Positions 28,503 to 38,305 are shown, numbered from the stretch's first letter. The stretch: DNA of 64,000 nucleotides from Desulfomonilales bacterium (GCA_038205805.1 JBBRBO010000003.1:33853-97852); one strand, 5' to 3'. Numbers and translations are program-made. The notes: generated by a model from the sequence alone, not told the origin.

Positions 28503-31500
28503 CTAGTTTGCCCCGCGCTCCATTCTCATGCCGTCGAAGGGCTCCAAGCGCACATCGGGCGCTGAAGAGGAACCCCGCACTCGAAATGTAGTGGTCAAGA
28601 TTTTTCCGTCTTTTGTAATCAAATCCCCAAAGACCCCGGACATCAGAGTGTCAAAACCCACCAACGGAGACACGTTTACCTTGAAATCCACTCGATCCTG
28701 AGTGCTGAAGTACATCCCTGTAGCGTCGATCCTCGCCGCATCCGCAAGGAGCTTCATATCTCGTATTTTCCACTTGGTATCGAAGACCTCCATGTTCCAG
28801 CTCATTTTCTGAAACGGCAAGCCGTTGGTCAGCAGGTCGGGCAAACGACCCCGGAGCAAAGACCCCAGATTAATGAGGGAAAAGATTTTCGATAAGATTT
28901 CAAAGCGATGGATCGATCCGTCCAGAATCCGGACCTCTATGGAGCCCGTCTTATACACCCCGTGGTTCTCGCGGTTAGGCCTAACCTTCCAATCCACGGT
29001 CCCTGCGGCATACACATCGCCGTCAACCTTGACGCGGTCCGGCGCCGAGAGAGTCAAACGTTCCAGGCGCATCTTCTCCGCCTGAAAGTTCAACGTGAGG
29101 AGTTTGGCGCTACCCGCCCGCACATCTATGCTCCCGGATCCTCGCGCTAGACCGTTCGAGAAATTTACTCGCCATGAAGGGATGTTTACTATTCCGGTTG
29201 TATTCTCAAACGTAGCGCTGAAATTCGTGAAGCTGTAGTAAGCGGTCTTGCCTTTGGTCGCCTTAATCTCCGAACTCCCGCGACTCTTCGCAAAGAAGAT
29301 CACTACCGGACTTGCGGCTATCCACTCCCCCCATGTCATACGTGAGACGACATGAGGCGGCGCGGAAAAATCCGTTGTATCGAGATAAGAAAAATCCATC
29401 TGAATATCGAGCCGCGGTCGTATATGCGAAACAAGCGCTATGCTTCCTGAACAGACTGAACTCCCAAGCTTGCCCCGCTCCCATGAAAACTTCGTTTGCA
29501 TCCCCTTTTTTCTCAAGGAGCCCGTAAGCCCTTCGATTCGCTTGTACATCCTGGGGACCTTGAAAGTGAGGTAACTCACGTCTAAATCGGCGTCAACTCT
29601 CGCATCCTGAGGCTTTGCGGAATCCATATATGCGGCCACGACCCCCTCAATACGCCCACCCGATTGCAACTCAAGCGCCGAGTCCATGTATGTAGTTAAG
29701 GCGGAAGTCTGTATTCCTCGCGGGGGAAGATTAAACGTGGCGGTGATAACACCACTTTGGTCGTACGAAGCCTTGCCTGAGATGGTCGTCGCTTCCAACC
29801 AGAGAGAAATATCATCGAAGGCCACTCCGCCTTTATCCATGACTCCGTGCAAACTCAGTGACAACGGAGTTCCGGCTCGTTTGCGCACGTAACCGAAATC
29901 GAGAGCATTCTGCTTCAGATCGGCCGCGCAGGAGATTTCCACCCCTTGCAGCGGCCCTTTGACGGACGCGTGCACGGGAACCGCCGAATGAACACTCCCG
30001 GACCCTATGAGCCCCATCTTCTTGAGGTCCCCGGGCTGAAGCTTCACATCACCCGAAAAATTTACCGCATCTAAGCTCACCTCACCGGCCACATCAAAGG
30101 GACTGTCGCCAAACTCCCCTTTGAGCTGGGAAGAGGTCACTCCGGAGCCACGAAAGCGCAAAGAGCCTGATACTTTATGTAGAGGCAACGGCGTCCCGAT
30201 TATCTTGCACTGAAAATCTTCCAATGCGATGCGGCCTTTCATTGAAGGTCGGCTGAGGTCTCCTTTGACGTCCAAATTTACCGTAAGGGCGCCTTGCAGG
30301 TCTGAAATACGCCCCATTGCGTTTCTAAATCCCGCAGGAAGATACGGGCTCTCGAAAAGAGGCTTGAGATCGGCTGCTTGTGCGCTTGCCGAAAGAAAGA
30401 GATCACTCTTGGGCTTCTTTTTCAGATCCACGATCCAGCCATTCAGGACAATGGGTGATGCGCCTACAGTGAAACTGATTCCTTTGAAAAGCAATTCTTC
30501 GGAACTAAGTCGGAGCCGACCGGTTATATCACTGATAGGCAATTCGAATCCCGGAATGAAACCGGCCGATCGGTCCAAATACGCATCCACAAACACAATG
30601 CCCCGAATCGGCGCTGTAGCCGCCTCACTCACCCGACCGGACCACGAGCCGCCCGTCAAGACTACGCGACCACGCAGCCCTGCGCTTACAAGGCGTTTAC
30701 GGTCGGCCGGTTCAAGTAGATTAAGAGGAACAAGCGGAGCGATCTTCTCAAGGTCTATATCGGCGTTTTTAAGATTTATCGTGAAAGAAGGATCAAGCGC
30801 GTGGAGGTCCGACGATTCCAGGTCCGCGGACAGGGAAAATCCCGGACCGGACACCTCGTGAAAGTCGGCGGTAAGCTTGTCGTCTTGACGATTCACCGTC
30901 AGCGACATGCGAGCCTCGTCAAGCGTAACCGGTTTCGCAAACATGTCTCGCTCGAGACGCGCCGAGCGTACCACGAAACCTGCCGACCCTTGGAATGCCT
31001 TTGCCGTTCCGTCGGCTTTCAACACCATGTCAAAAGAGCCGTCCGCAAATGGAAACTGCGCTCCCCATTGTGCGGCGACATATCGCAGGAACGGCTGGGC
31101 TATACCGTAAGCCTTCACTTCCACTGCGCCCGTGGGATCTGTGCGGTAGTCCTGCTTGACGTTTGCCGTAATCCGCAGTGCGCCCGGTTGCTCACCTCCG
31201 GGAACCTTCGCTTCCAGACGAATCATTTCCACACGATAAGCGCTGATTCCCGCAGCCTCGATATTCACGTCGGTGAACAATGTCACAGGCTGCGAACCTG
31301 CGACGGCCTGATGGAGAGTTCCGTTGGTGATTTCCACATTAGCGACGGATACGAAGCGGAGAAGATTGGGCAGCCGCGCCTCGGAACCATTCCCTGAGAG
31401 ATCATGAGGCAGGGACGCCTGCGGTGATTGAAAGCTGAGTTGATTGATCCGGAGGCGCCCTTCTCGTAGTGAAGCCAAGTCAAACGCGAGCACGAAGCGC

Positions 31501-31829
31501 ACAACCGAAACAGGCGGGGAAGAGTCGTCTACCCTGATCTGAAGGTTGTCCGCAGTGAGTCGGCCCGCTGTTACGGACGTCCACGCAAGCCGAGCGGAAT
31601 CAAAGCTGATTTGGTACCCGCTCAGGCGTTGACCGCGCGCAAAAATGAGCTTGGCGGCCGCCTCGTCGCTTAAACCCACCCGGACAAAGGTGACGGCCCC
31701 GGCGAGGAAGAGCGTCAGACATGAAATTGAGGCAAGTATAAAGAGGAATACTCGTTTTATGGTAACGACCGTTTGCATTGTAGTCCGGCGCGAGAAACAA
31801 CCAATCGGAAACCACGCAAGCGGTAGCAT
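28503..31829 (-). CDS. AsmA/YhdP-like large envelope protein (N-terminal anchor, elongated beta-rich body, DUF3971/AsmA_2-like C-terminus)
   Basis: 1108-aa ORF with a single N-terminal TM (VFLFILASISCLTLFLAGAV) and a repetitive beta-strand composition typical of the AsmA family. The start may instead be the Met at ~31778. Confidence 0.65.
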   Translation of the reverse strand: MLPLAWFPIGCFSRRTTMQTVVTIKRVFLFILASISCLTLFLAGAVTFVRVGLSDEAAAKLIFARGQRLSGYQISFDSARLAWTSVTAGRLTADNLQIRVDDSSPPVSVVRFVLAFDLASLREGRLRINQLSFQSPQASLPHDLSGNGSEARLPNLLRFVSVANVEITNGTLHQAVAGSQPVTLFTDVNIEAAGISAYRVEMIRLEAKVPGGEQPGALRITANVKQDYRTDPTGAVEVKAYGIAQPFLRYVAAQWGAQFPFADGSFDMVLKADGTAKAFQGSAGFVVRSARLERDMFAKPVTLDEARMSLTVNRQDDKLTADFHEVSGPGFSLSADLESSDLHALDPSFTINLKNADIDLEKIAPLVPLNLLEPADRKRLVSAGLRGRVVLTGGSWSGRVSEAATAPIRGIVFVDAYLDRSAGFIPGFELPISDITGRLRLSSEELLFKGISFTVGASPIVLNGWIVDLKKKPKSDLFLSASAQAADLKPLFESPYLPAGFRNAMGRISDLQGALTVNLDVKGDLSRPSMKGRIALEDFQCKIIGTPLPLHKVSGSLRFRGSGVTSSQLKGEFGDSPFDVAGEVSLDAVNFSGDVKLQPGDLKKMGLIGSGSVHSAVPVHASVKGPLQGVEISCAADLKQNALDFGYVRKRAGTPLSLSLHGVMDKGGVAFDDISLWLEATTISGKASYDQSGVITATFNLPPRGIQTSALTTYMDSALELQSGGRIEGVVAAYMDSAKPQDARVDADLDVSYLTFKVPRMYKRIEGLTGSLRKKGMQTKFSWERGKLGSSVCSGSIALVSHIRPRLDIQMDFSYLDTTDFSAPPHVVSRMTWGEWIAASPVVIFFAKSRGSSEIKATKGKTAYYSFTNFSATFENTTGIVNIPSWRVNFSNGLARGSGSIDVRAGSAKLLTLNFQAEKMRLERLTLSAPDRVKVDGDVYAAGTVDWKVRPNRENHGVYKTGSIEVRILDGSIHRFEILSKIFSLINLGSLLRGRLPDLLTNGLPFQKMSWNMEVFDTKWKIRDMKLLADAARIDATGMYFSTQDRVDFKVNVSPLVGFDTLMSGVFGDLITKDGKILTTTFRVRGSSSAPDVRLEPFDGMRMERGAN

Positions 31830-32204
31830 CTGGAACCGCCGGACGCCGGCTGATGCTCCGGCGTCACTGTGGATGGAAGAGACCGCACACGCCGATAGGC
31901 CTGCACAGCAATTTCACCGGAACGTGTCACACCCGCTGTCGGGTCAAGGCGCCTGTCGGGGAACCCACATGGTGTCACGCGGTGTCCATGTATCATCCGG
32001 CGCTCTGAGTTGACGTAATTCCCCAGCACAGCCAACCGCGCCTGCCGTTCGTTCCCGAGCGGTTTTCTAAGCCGAACATTCTTCCGTTGCGTCATGAAAG
32101 GCGCCTATCGGCAGCTTGAGTCACCCTGGAAACCGCGCATCTTATGCGTAACCGTATGCTTCACCCGATAAATGCCCGCTGAATCGCCGAAGGCCCGCGG
32201 TCGT

Positions 32205-32534
32205 TTACGCGCTCTTGCGAGAAAGTCTCTTGAGACCCGCTATCTTGCGGCGAAGGATGTTGAGTCGGTCCTTGGTAGCTCCCTGAGCCCGCTCCTCATC
32301 TCGTTTCTTCCGGAGATCATTCATTTTACTCTTGAGGTCCCGGATTGAACCGCCTTTCCCCGGTTTCTGCTCTTCCATACCTTTGGATTTTCGCACTGCG
32401 GAAACGAGTTCCTGGCGGGTCATGCCGTAAACACCTTCAACACCGTCAATCTTAGCGGCCTCTGCCTTGAGATCCTTTATCGGAAGTTTCTCCAATGCGA
32501 CCTCAGGGGTTTCTTTTTCTTTCTTCTTACCCAT
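32205..32534 (-). CDS. small basic protein with a Rho-N/SAP-like helix-hairpin segment
   Basis: LPIKDLKAEAAKIDGVEGVYGMTRQELVSAVRKS resembles the Rho N-terminal domain motif. The rest of the protein is Lys/Arg-rich. Confidence 0.5.
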   Translation of the reverse strand: MGKKKEKETPEVALEKLPIKDLKAEAAKIDGVEGVYGMTRQELVSAVRKSKGMEEQKPGKGGSIRDLKSKMNDLRKKRDEERAQGATKDRLNILRRKIAGLKRLSRKSA

Positions 32535-32805
32535 CTATCCTCCCGTCTTGCGACGAATATTTTCTTGCTGCGCCATGAGGGTTTTGATTCCCCCGCCCTT
32601 ATCGGCAAACAATTATTATGAACCGAAGATGTCTCGATTTCAAGGGGTATTTGCGCGTAAAGTGCTGTGACCGGCTATGAACATGTCTGCGCCGCACAGC
32701 GCGACAATCCTCACATTTTTTTTCTTCCCTGAAGCCGCGTGAAAAAGCTCGTCGCCGAAAGAGCCGTTCAGCAGCGGGAATAACACAGCGTAGGTCTTCT
32801 TTATA

Positions 32806-35800
32806 TTAGGTCTTCTTCGCCCGTCGCCGCTCCCCTCGTGGAGCCCACCTAACATGTGCCTTGCCCAGAGTCTTGTCGTCCTTCTCGTAGAGGAGAAAAC
32901 CATTGGAAATCCCAAACTTGTGTATATCTCGCGTGATCGCCACATCTTCGCGACAATACTCCTCCAAAGGGACAAGCTCACCCGTCCTAAACCAGCGAAC
33001 GGCGTCCAGGCCGTCGCCGCTCTTGTTTCTGCCGAGCGTATGCTGCGCAAGGTGGTCCAATTTCAGGCGAAAACCCAGGCAATCCCAAACATGCTCCAGA
33101 ATATCCAAGTTGTTGAAATGCCGCAGGTTCTCTCGCGTGTAAGCGCTCAAGACTTGGTAATCAAAACGGAGATGGTTAAAGCCCACCACTAGGTCCGCTT
33201 CACGCAGAACGGTGATGAGCCGCGACACGTCCCTCTCGAAGAAAGTCTGGAAGCCGTCCCGTTCGGAATACGTCACGGCCAGGGACACACGCATCTTATG
33301 CGCATTCCCCCACCCGCCCACCTCTTGGGCGAGCCTTTGGGTCTCCAGATCGAAGTAGACGATGTTCTTTTGATCGTTCGGGTCACGCCTTGGACTTTTC
33401 AACTGCACCTTGGGTATCGGCGGCCCAAATCTGCTGCGGGGTTTTACAACGGTAACCTCGGACGTAGCCGGCGCGACAAGATCAGTAAAGATAACCGGTT
33501 TGCCTACTTCAGACGCCGCTATTCTCGGCTGCCGAGAGATTTCAGCCTCGACGGGTCTTTGTACGACCGCGACGGGACGTATATCGAGCGCCTCAGAAGG
33601 CGTGTCAGCCTGAGCCGGATAGACAGGGGGGGTAATTCGCACTAGTTCTCCTTCACGTTTTCGGATAACGGGTTGCGCCGCGTCGGGGTCCAACAGCAAA
33701 CGAAGCGTTTGCAGACAAGCCTCTTTATCCAGAGGCTTGTTGCCGGCCCCACACTTCGGCGAATGAATACAGGAAGGGCATCCATTTTCGCATTCACACT
33801 TTTCGACGAGGCTCTTGGTCTTGGCAAGCAGCTCCTCGATAATGTCGAAGGCGCGGTGAGACAACCCCACGCCGCCGGCATGCCCGTCGTATACAAAGAC
33901 CGCGGCTCTGCACACTTGCTCATGCCGAGGTGTGCTGATGCCGCCGATGTCGTTTCTGTCACACAGAGCGAACAGCGGGAACATGGAAATCATGGCGTGT
34001 TCCATGGCATGAATGCCGCCCATAAAATGCAGCTTCCCGCCCTCGATGATCTTTTGAGTCTTTTCCGGTATCTCGATCCATATCCCGATGGTCTCGAAAT
34101 GGATCGGGGGGAGATTCAGCTCCACCACGCCGATGAGATCCTGGCCGTGGGTGCGCCGCTTTTCGTAACCGGTTACGATTTCGGTAACCTTGAGACGGGC
34201 TTCCCTGACAGTGAACCCTGCGACCTCTTTGGACCGAATGGGGGCGCCTAAAATCTGCGTCGTCTTTTCCACGAGGGCCTTTGTGTAGTAGCTCACGTTC
34301 GTCGGCCGCACAAAGGCGTTGCGGCGCTCCAGGTCCAACGCGGTGACGAGATACTGCTTGGCGCGGTGCAAATACACGGCGCCTTGATGGAGTTCCGTGA
34401 ATACACGACCGCCCGACGACCCGCCGATGAGCTTGCGATTGGATTCCAAGAAGATGCCGTAGGACTCCCCGATGCCCCGTAGGTCCACGGCACGCTGGGG
34501 TTGAGACACGGTGGAATGAACGCCGCTCCTGCTGCGCGTCAACGCGCCCGCTTCTTCCAGCTCGGTAATGACTTCGGCGACCTCCGGCCTCTGGAACCAC
34601 GGCTCATCCTCACTTATGGGAACCTCGGCCGCCGCGCACGGGATGTGCTTCTTAAGCACTTCTTTGTTGTACGGATCGAGGATGGCCTCTTCACAGCTCC
34701 TCTGGAAGAAATCCTCGGGATTATACAGGAAATAACGGTCTAACGCGTCCTCACCCGCGAGGAGAACCACGGCGCTGGATCTACCCGACCGCCCTACTCT
34801 CCCCCCACGCTGCCATGTGTTGATGACCGTGCCTGGGTATCCCACGAGAATACAGAGGTCCAAGCCACCCACGTCAATCCCCATTTCCAGAGCGGACGTC
34901 GAGATCACACCGTCCATCTTCCCGGAGAAGAGATTCGCCTCGATTTCCCGACGCTCTTCCGGGAGGAAGCCGGCCCTGTATGAGCTGATTCTATCGGTTA
35001 GCTCAGGCGCCCACTGCAAGGCCCAGGTGGTGATAAGCTCCGTTATCTTGCGAGCGCGCGTGAACACGATGGTTTTGAGTCCCACACGCAGCGCCTGGAT
35101 AAAGAGCTTTGTAGCGGCGATATTCATGCCGGCGTACGGCTCCAGAAAGAGAAACGAGCGTTCCGAAGAAGGCGCGCCGGATTCATCCACCGTTTCCACA
35201 GGTCGGTTGATGAGCGTGGACACAAAGGTCGATGGATTGGCGATAGTGGCTGAGCAACTGATGAACTGCGGCTTGGAGCCGTAATGGGCGCAGACGCGCA
35301 GGGTTCTGAGGAGCGTCTGGGCGATGTTGCTGCCGAATATGCCCTTGTACGTGTGGACTTCGTCCAAGACGATATATTTGAGCCCTGCGAAGAAGTCCTT
35401 CCAGCCGTGATGATACGCCAGGAACCCCAAATGGAGCATATCCGGATTGGTAATGATTACATGTGGAGGCCGAGCCTTGATCTTGCGTCGCAGCGGCTCG
35501 GGAGTATCGCCGTCATACACGGCAGCCGTGATCCCGTAGGCTTCCGCCAAATAGAGGAACGAATCGAGCTGATCGCGCTCCAGCGCTTTAAGAGGATAGA
35601 GGAAGAGCGCACGCCCCTTGGGGTCCTTGAGAAGCGCATCGAGTACGGGCAGTTGGAAGGCCAGGGATTTGCCGCTTGCGGTGCTGGTGGCCACCACCAC
35701 GTCCTTGCCCTGCAGGGCGTAATCGAGGGCCTTTGTCTGGTGGGAGTACAGCCGGTCCGCGCCTACGCTTTCGGCCGCTTCCCGGAGCTTGGGATGCACA

Positions 35801-36036
35801 CCCTCAGGATACTCGCCGAACAGGGGTTCTACGCCCTCGATTACGCGGCGGTGCGCAATTCGCCAGTCTTCTTCGCGATGGGCCATCCAATGGAGAAAAT
35901 GTTCGAGCACGCTATGATTCCGTATACCGGGATTGCAAATGGGGCGCCCGTTCGCGCTTAGCGCATGGGCTTTCCTGTGGCGCTGCGCTTTATTCGTCGC
36001 ATCTATACAATATTCATCACATAAGGGTATAGTCAA
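32806..36036 (-). CDS. DEAD/DEAH-box helicase with DUF1998 (MrfA/YprA-like) fused to a C-terminal DEDD (YprB/MrfB-like, RNase H-fold) exonuclease
   Basis: Helicase motifs TSTASGKSLAF, VLDEVH, SATIANP and QRGGRVGR. Cys cluster CENGCPSCIHSPKCGAGN. The C-terminal 186 aa (nt 32806-33366) carry VYFDLETQ, VGFNHLRFDYQVL and YCREDVAITRDI. Confidence 0.8.
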   Translation of the reverse strand: MTIPLCDEYCIDATNKAQRHRKAHALSANGRPICNPGIRNHSVLEHFLHWMAHREEDWRIAHRRVIEGVEPLFGEYPEGVHPKLREAAESVGADRLYSHQTKALDYALQGKDVVVATSTASGKSLAFQLPVLDALLKDPKGRALFLYPLKALERDQLDSFLYLAEAYGITAAVYDGDTPEPLRRKIKARPPHVIITNPDMLHLGFLAYHHGWKDFFAGLKYIVLDEVHTYKGIFGSNIAQTLLRTLRVCAHYGSKPQFISCSATIANPSTFVSTLINRPVETVDESGAPSSERSFLFLEPYAGMNIAATKLFIQALRVGLKTIVFTRARKITELITTWALQWAPELTDRISSYRAGFLPEERREIEANLFSGKMDGVISTSALEMGIDVGGLDLCILVGYPGTVINTWQRGGRVGRSGRSSAVVLLAGEDALDRYFLYNPEDFFQRSCEEAILDPYNKEVLKKHIPCAAAEVPISEDEPWFQRPEVAEVITELEEAGALTRSRSGVHSTVSQPQRAVDLRGIGESYGIFLESNRKLIGGSSGGRVFTELHQGAVYLHRAKQYLVTALDLERRNAFVRPTNVSYYTKALVEKTTQILGAPIRSKEVAGFTVREARLKVTEIVTGYEKRRTHGQDLIGVVELNLPPIHFETIGIWIEIPEKTQKIIEGGKLHFMGGIHAMEHAMISMFPLFALCDRNDIGGISTPRHEQVCRAAVFVYDGHAGGVGLSHRAFDIIEELLAKTKSLVEKCECENGCPSCIHSPKCGAGNKPLDKEACLQTLRLLLDPDAAQPVIRKREGELVRITPPVYPAQADTPSEALDIRPVAVVQRPVEAEISRQPRIAASEVGKPVIFTDLVAPATSEVTVVKPRSRFGPPIPKVQLKSPRRDPNDQKNIVYFDLETQRLAQEVGGWGNAHKMRVSLAVTYSERDGFQTFFERDVSRLITVLREADLVVGFNHLRFDYQVLSAYTRENLRHFNNLDILEHVWDCLGFRLKLDHLAQHTLGRNKSGDGLDAVRWFRTGELVPLEEYCREDVAITRDIHKFGISNGFLLYEKDDKTLGKAHVRWAPRGERRRAKKT

Positions 36037-36067
36037 TGCGACGACACTACAAATGACCGGGGGTTGA

Positions 36068-36526
36068 ATGAGTTACCTTGATTATAGCATACACCGGCTG
36101 TTTCAGATACTTACGACGACGTTCTTATGTGCGATTGCGGTCGTGGGGGCTTCTTACGCCGCGGAACAGCCTCTCATGAAGATCGGCATAGGCGATACGC
36201 ATATTCAGGCTACCGTGGCGAATACCGACGCGACACGCATCCGAGGCTTGCTGGGGTGGAGTTCCATCACGGATGAGCAGGGTATGCTGCTGGACTTCCT
36301 CGTTCCGGGCGAGTACGCCATTCACATGCAGGGCATGAAATTCCCCATAGACGCGGTGTGGATCGACACGCACGGAGAAATCAAGGTGATCTACCCGTCC
36401 ATTGCGCCCAATTCGGGGATGGTCTATCCTTCTATGTTTCCCGTGCGCTACTGCCTGGAACTGAACGCGGGCTTCTGCAAGCGCCACAACGTACAGATGG
36501 GACGGAAGGTAGAGTTTGACAAGTGA
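36068..36526 (+). CDS. DUF192 domain protein
   Basis: Signal/anchor segment, then ATVANTDATRIRGLLGWSS...GMLLDF...MQGMKFPIDAVWID, which matches the typical DUF192 pattern. Confidence 0.7.
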   Translation: MSYLDYSIHRLFQILTTTFLCAIAVVGASYAAEQPLMKIGIGDTHIQATVANTDATRIRGLLGWSSITDEQGMLLDFLVPGEYAIHMQGMKFPIDAVWIDTHGEIKVIYPSIAPNSGMVYPSMFPVRYCLELNAGFCKRHNVQMGRKVEFDK

Positions 36527-36565
36527 TGGGCGCTCCCTGCGGCGCCGACCTAGAACGCCGCCGAA

Positions 36566-36730
36566 CCGCTCCAGTAGGGATTTTACTTTTTTGACTTGAC
36601 AGAGTAAATAATTATTATACCATAGAAAGTAGAGCTTAGATAATCTTTTATTTCAATAAACGCCCTTTTATTTTTTGGAAGGATTCACAAAGCCGAACGG
36701 GGTTCTCTACTTAGAATCCCACTACTGGAA
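36566..36730 (+). repeat. copy A of a ~160-bp inverted-repeat-bounded element (family M). The second copy is at 50583-50734.
   Basis: The ends are CTCCAGTAGGG and CCCACTACTGGA. Internally there is a conserved TTGACA-N16-TACCAT (36596-36623) followed by an A/T hairpin and a T-run. By eye the copy is ~75-80% identical to copy B. Confidence 0.8.
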
Positions 36731-36737
36731 AAATTAA

Positions 36738-37625
36738 TCAATCCAACTGGTTGCCATTCCATCGTCCGAAAAGAGCATTGGAATCACTGCCCTTTCCCGT
36801 GAAAGCCCGGAAGAGTTCGCACATATCCATGTCGTCTCTGATGCCGAAGCGCGTCAAGGCGAAGTCGTAACGCACAGGATCGGCCGGATCTAACTCAGCG
36901 AAGCTTCGGGTAATTTCGCAAGCGGCCTTAAAATTCGCTTGCTTCCGCATGGTGAGTCCCAGCCCCAGACCGATCCTGCTCATGTGAACGTCCATTGGCA
37001 CGATGAGTTTCGTTGTCGAAACGCCGTCCCAACAACCGGGGTCCACCTCGTCTCGCCGCACCATCCATCGCAGGTAGAGGTGAAATCGCTTGCACGCGCT
37101 CCCACGGCCGGGATCAGGCGTGAGACTGCACGATCCGGGTCCGAAGTCGGCCCTGATCTCGTTCACGAATCCGGTGAGGGCCGGAGCCGTGTTCTCATGG
37201 GACTCGTGGTAATAACGAAGGAAGCACGCTTTCAGCGAACCGTGACGCCGCAGGACATTCGCAATCCCAACAAGAAACTGCGTAAGCTCCTCGGCCGTGG
37301 TGAAACGGTATTTGAATCCCCCAAAATCCTTACGGATGGCCTGTTCCGAGTTCCCGCGCAGATACTCTCTCGGCGCGGCCATCGTGTTCAAGACTGCGCC
37401 CACGGTCTTGATGATCTGGCGCACATGCCCGTAAGCAAAGGCAGCGGCCACCAAGCCCACGATCTCCATGTCCGCGGGGTCCGGGTAGTCGTAGAGGAAT
37501 TGCAGCGGATCGGGGCTCACATAGGAGCGTTTGTTGTACGTGAGATAGATGCGCTCAAGGACGGCCTTGTCTATACAAGGCGCCACGGGCCGCTCGGGCA
37601 CTTTACGAGACTCCACGCGCTTCAT
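36738..37625 (-). CDS. TIGR02757/DUF2400 family protein
   Basis: YVSPDPLQFLYDYPDPADMEIVGLVAAAFAYG and FHLYLRWMVR motifs, as remembered for DUF2400. Confidence 0.65.
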   Translation of the reverse strand: MKRVESRKVPERPVAPCIDKAVLERIYLTYNKRSYVSPDPLQFLYDYPDPADMEIVGLVAAAFAYGHVRQIIKTVGAVLNTMAAPREYLRGNSEQAIRKDFGGFKYRFTTAEELTQFLVGIANVLRRHGSLKACFLRYYHESHENTAPALTGFVNEIRADFGPGSCSLTPDPGRGSACKRFHLYLRWMVRRDEVDPGCWDGVSTTKLIVPMDVHMSRIGLGLGLTMRKQANFKAACEITRSFAELDPADPVRYDFALTRFGIRDDMDMCELFRAFTGKGSDSNALFGRWNGNQLD

Positions 37626-38305
37626 AAGCGCCGCGTGCCTTCCGCGAGTTGAGAGAGGCCGTTCGCATCCATGATCGTGATATTCGGGCCTTCGCAGGAG
37701 ATCAGCCCCTGTTTGGTCATTTTTGCGATGATGCGCGACAGGGTTTCGGGGATTGTGCCCAGCATTCCTGCAAGCTGGCTTTTGGAAACATCCAACGTGA
37801 TATTCGCCGCTCCATCGGCTTGCTGCCGCAAATAGAGAAGCCGTCCCGCGAGCCGGCCTGGGACCTCCTTGAGACTGAGGTCATCCACAAGGGCCGCGAA
37901 TTGGCGCAATTTGCGCGATAGGACCGCCAACATAGCAAGGGCGAGGGACGGATGTGCTTTGATAAGCGCCACGAAGTCACGCCTGGGGAAGAACAGCATG
38001 GCGCAATCATCCATGGCCTCGGCGTTTGCCGGAAAGCGTCCACCTTGGAAGACCGGGACTTCTCCAAAGGGCTCTCCGCTGCCCTGGATATGGAGTATTT
38101 GCTCTTTGCCGTCCGCCGAAATCTTGAAAATCTTGACTCGCCCTGAAAGAGGCACGTAGAAGCCCGCGGCCTGTTCGCCTTCACCGAAAATGCGTTCGCC
38201 CTTGGCCGCAGTTTTTGTTACGGCTATGGCCGCCACCTGACCGAGCTGCGCCTCGGACAAACCGTCGAAAAGCGGTATGCGAGCGATGCCTTCAATTTTG
38301 CTCAT
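37622..38305 (-). CDS. Crp/Fnr family transcriptional regulator
   Basis: cNMP-binding fold (IPLFDGLSEAQL...FGE...) and a C-terminal HTH (SKSQLAGMLGTIPETLSRIIAKM). The start at 38305 has an AAAGGA RBS, and the stop overlaps the downstream start. Confidence 0.85.
   Translation of the reverse strand: MSKIEGIARIPLFDGLSEAQLGQVAAIAVTKTAAKGERIFGEGEQAAGFYVPLSGRVKIFKISADGKEQILHIQGSGEPFGEVPVFQGGRFPANAEAMDDCAMLFFPRRDFVALIKAHPSLALAMLAVLSRKLRQFAALVDDLSLKEVPGRLAGRLLYLRQQADGAANITLDVSKSQLAGMLGTIPETLSRIIAKMTKQGLISCEGPNITIMDANGLSQLAEGTRRL

Noticed and set aside
33673-35961. Four long + strand ORFs (33673-34251, 34501-34743, 34817-35284, 35284-35961) opposite the helicase gene
   Set aside because: They lie antisense to a gene with unambiguous helicase motifs. 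Their composition is Arg/Gly/Pro-skewed, with no RBS and no recognisable motifs. These are typical shadow ORFs of GC-rich coding DNA. The same reasoning applies to 2637-3257, 23531-24271, 27150-27719, 30229-31397, 36939-37652, 54228-54917, 55248-55979 and 62596-63051.
32806-36036. Reading the helicase-DUF1998 protein as a DISARM (DrmA/DrmB)-like defence component
   Set aside because: The helicase and DUF1998 parts are in one YprA/MrfA-like polypeptide. There is no methyltransferase, PLD nuclease or other defence gene nearby, and the neighbours are housekeeping genes. A DNA-repair (MrfAB-like) interpretation fits better.
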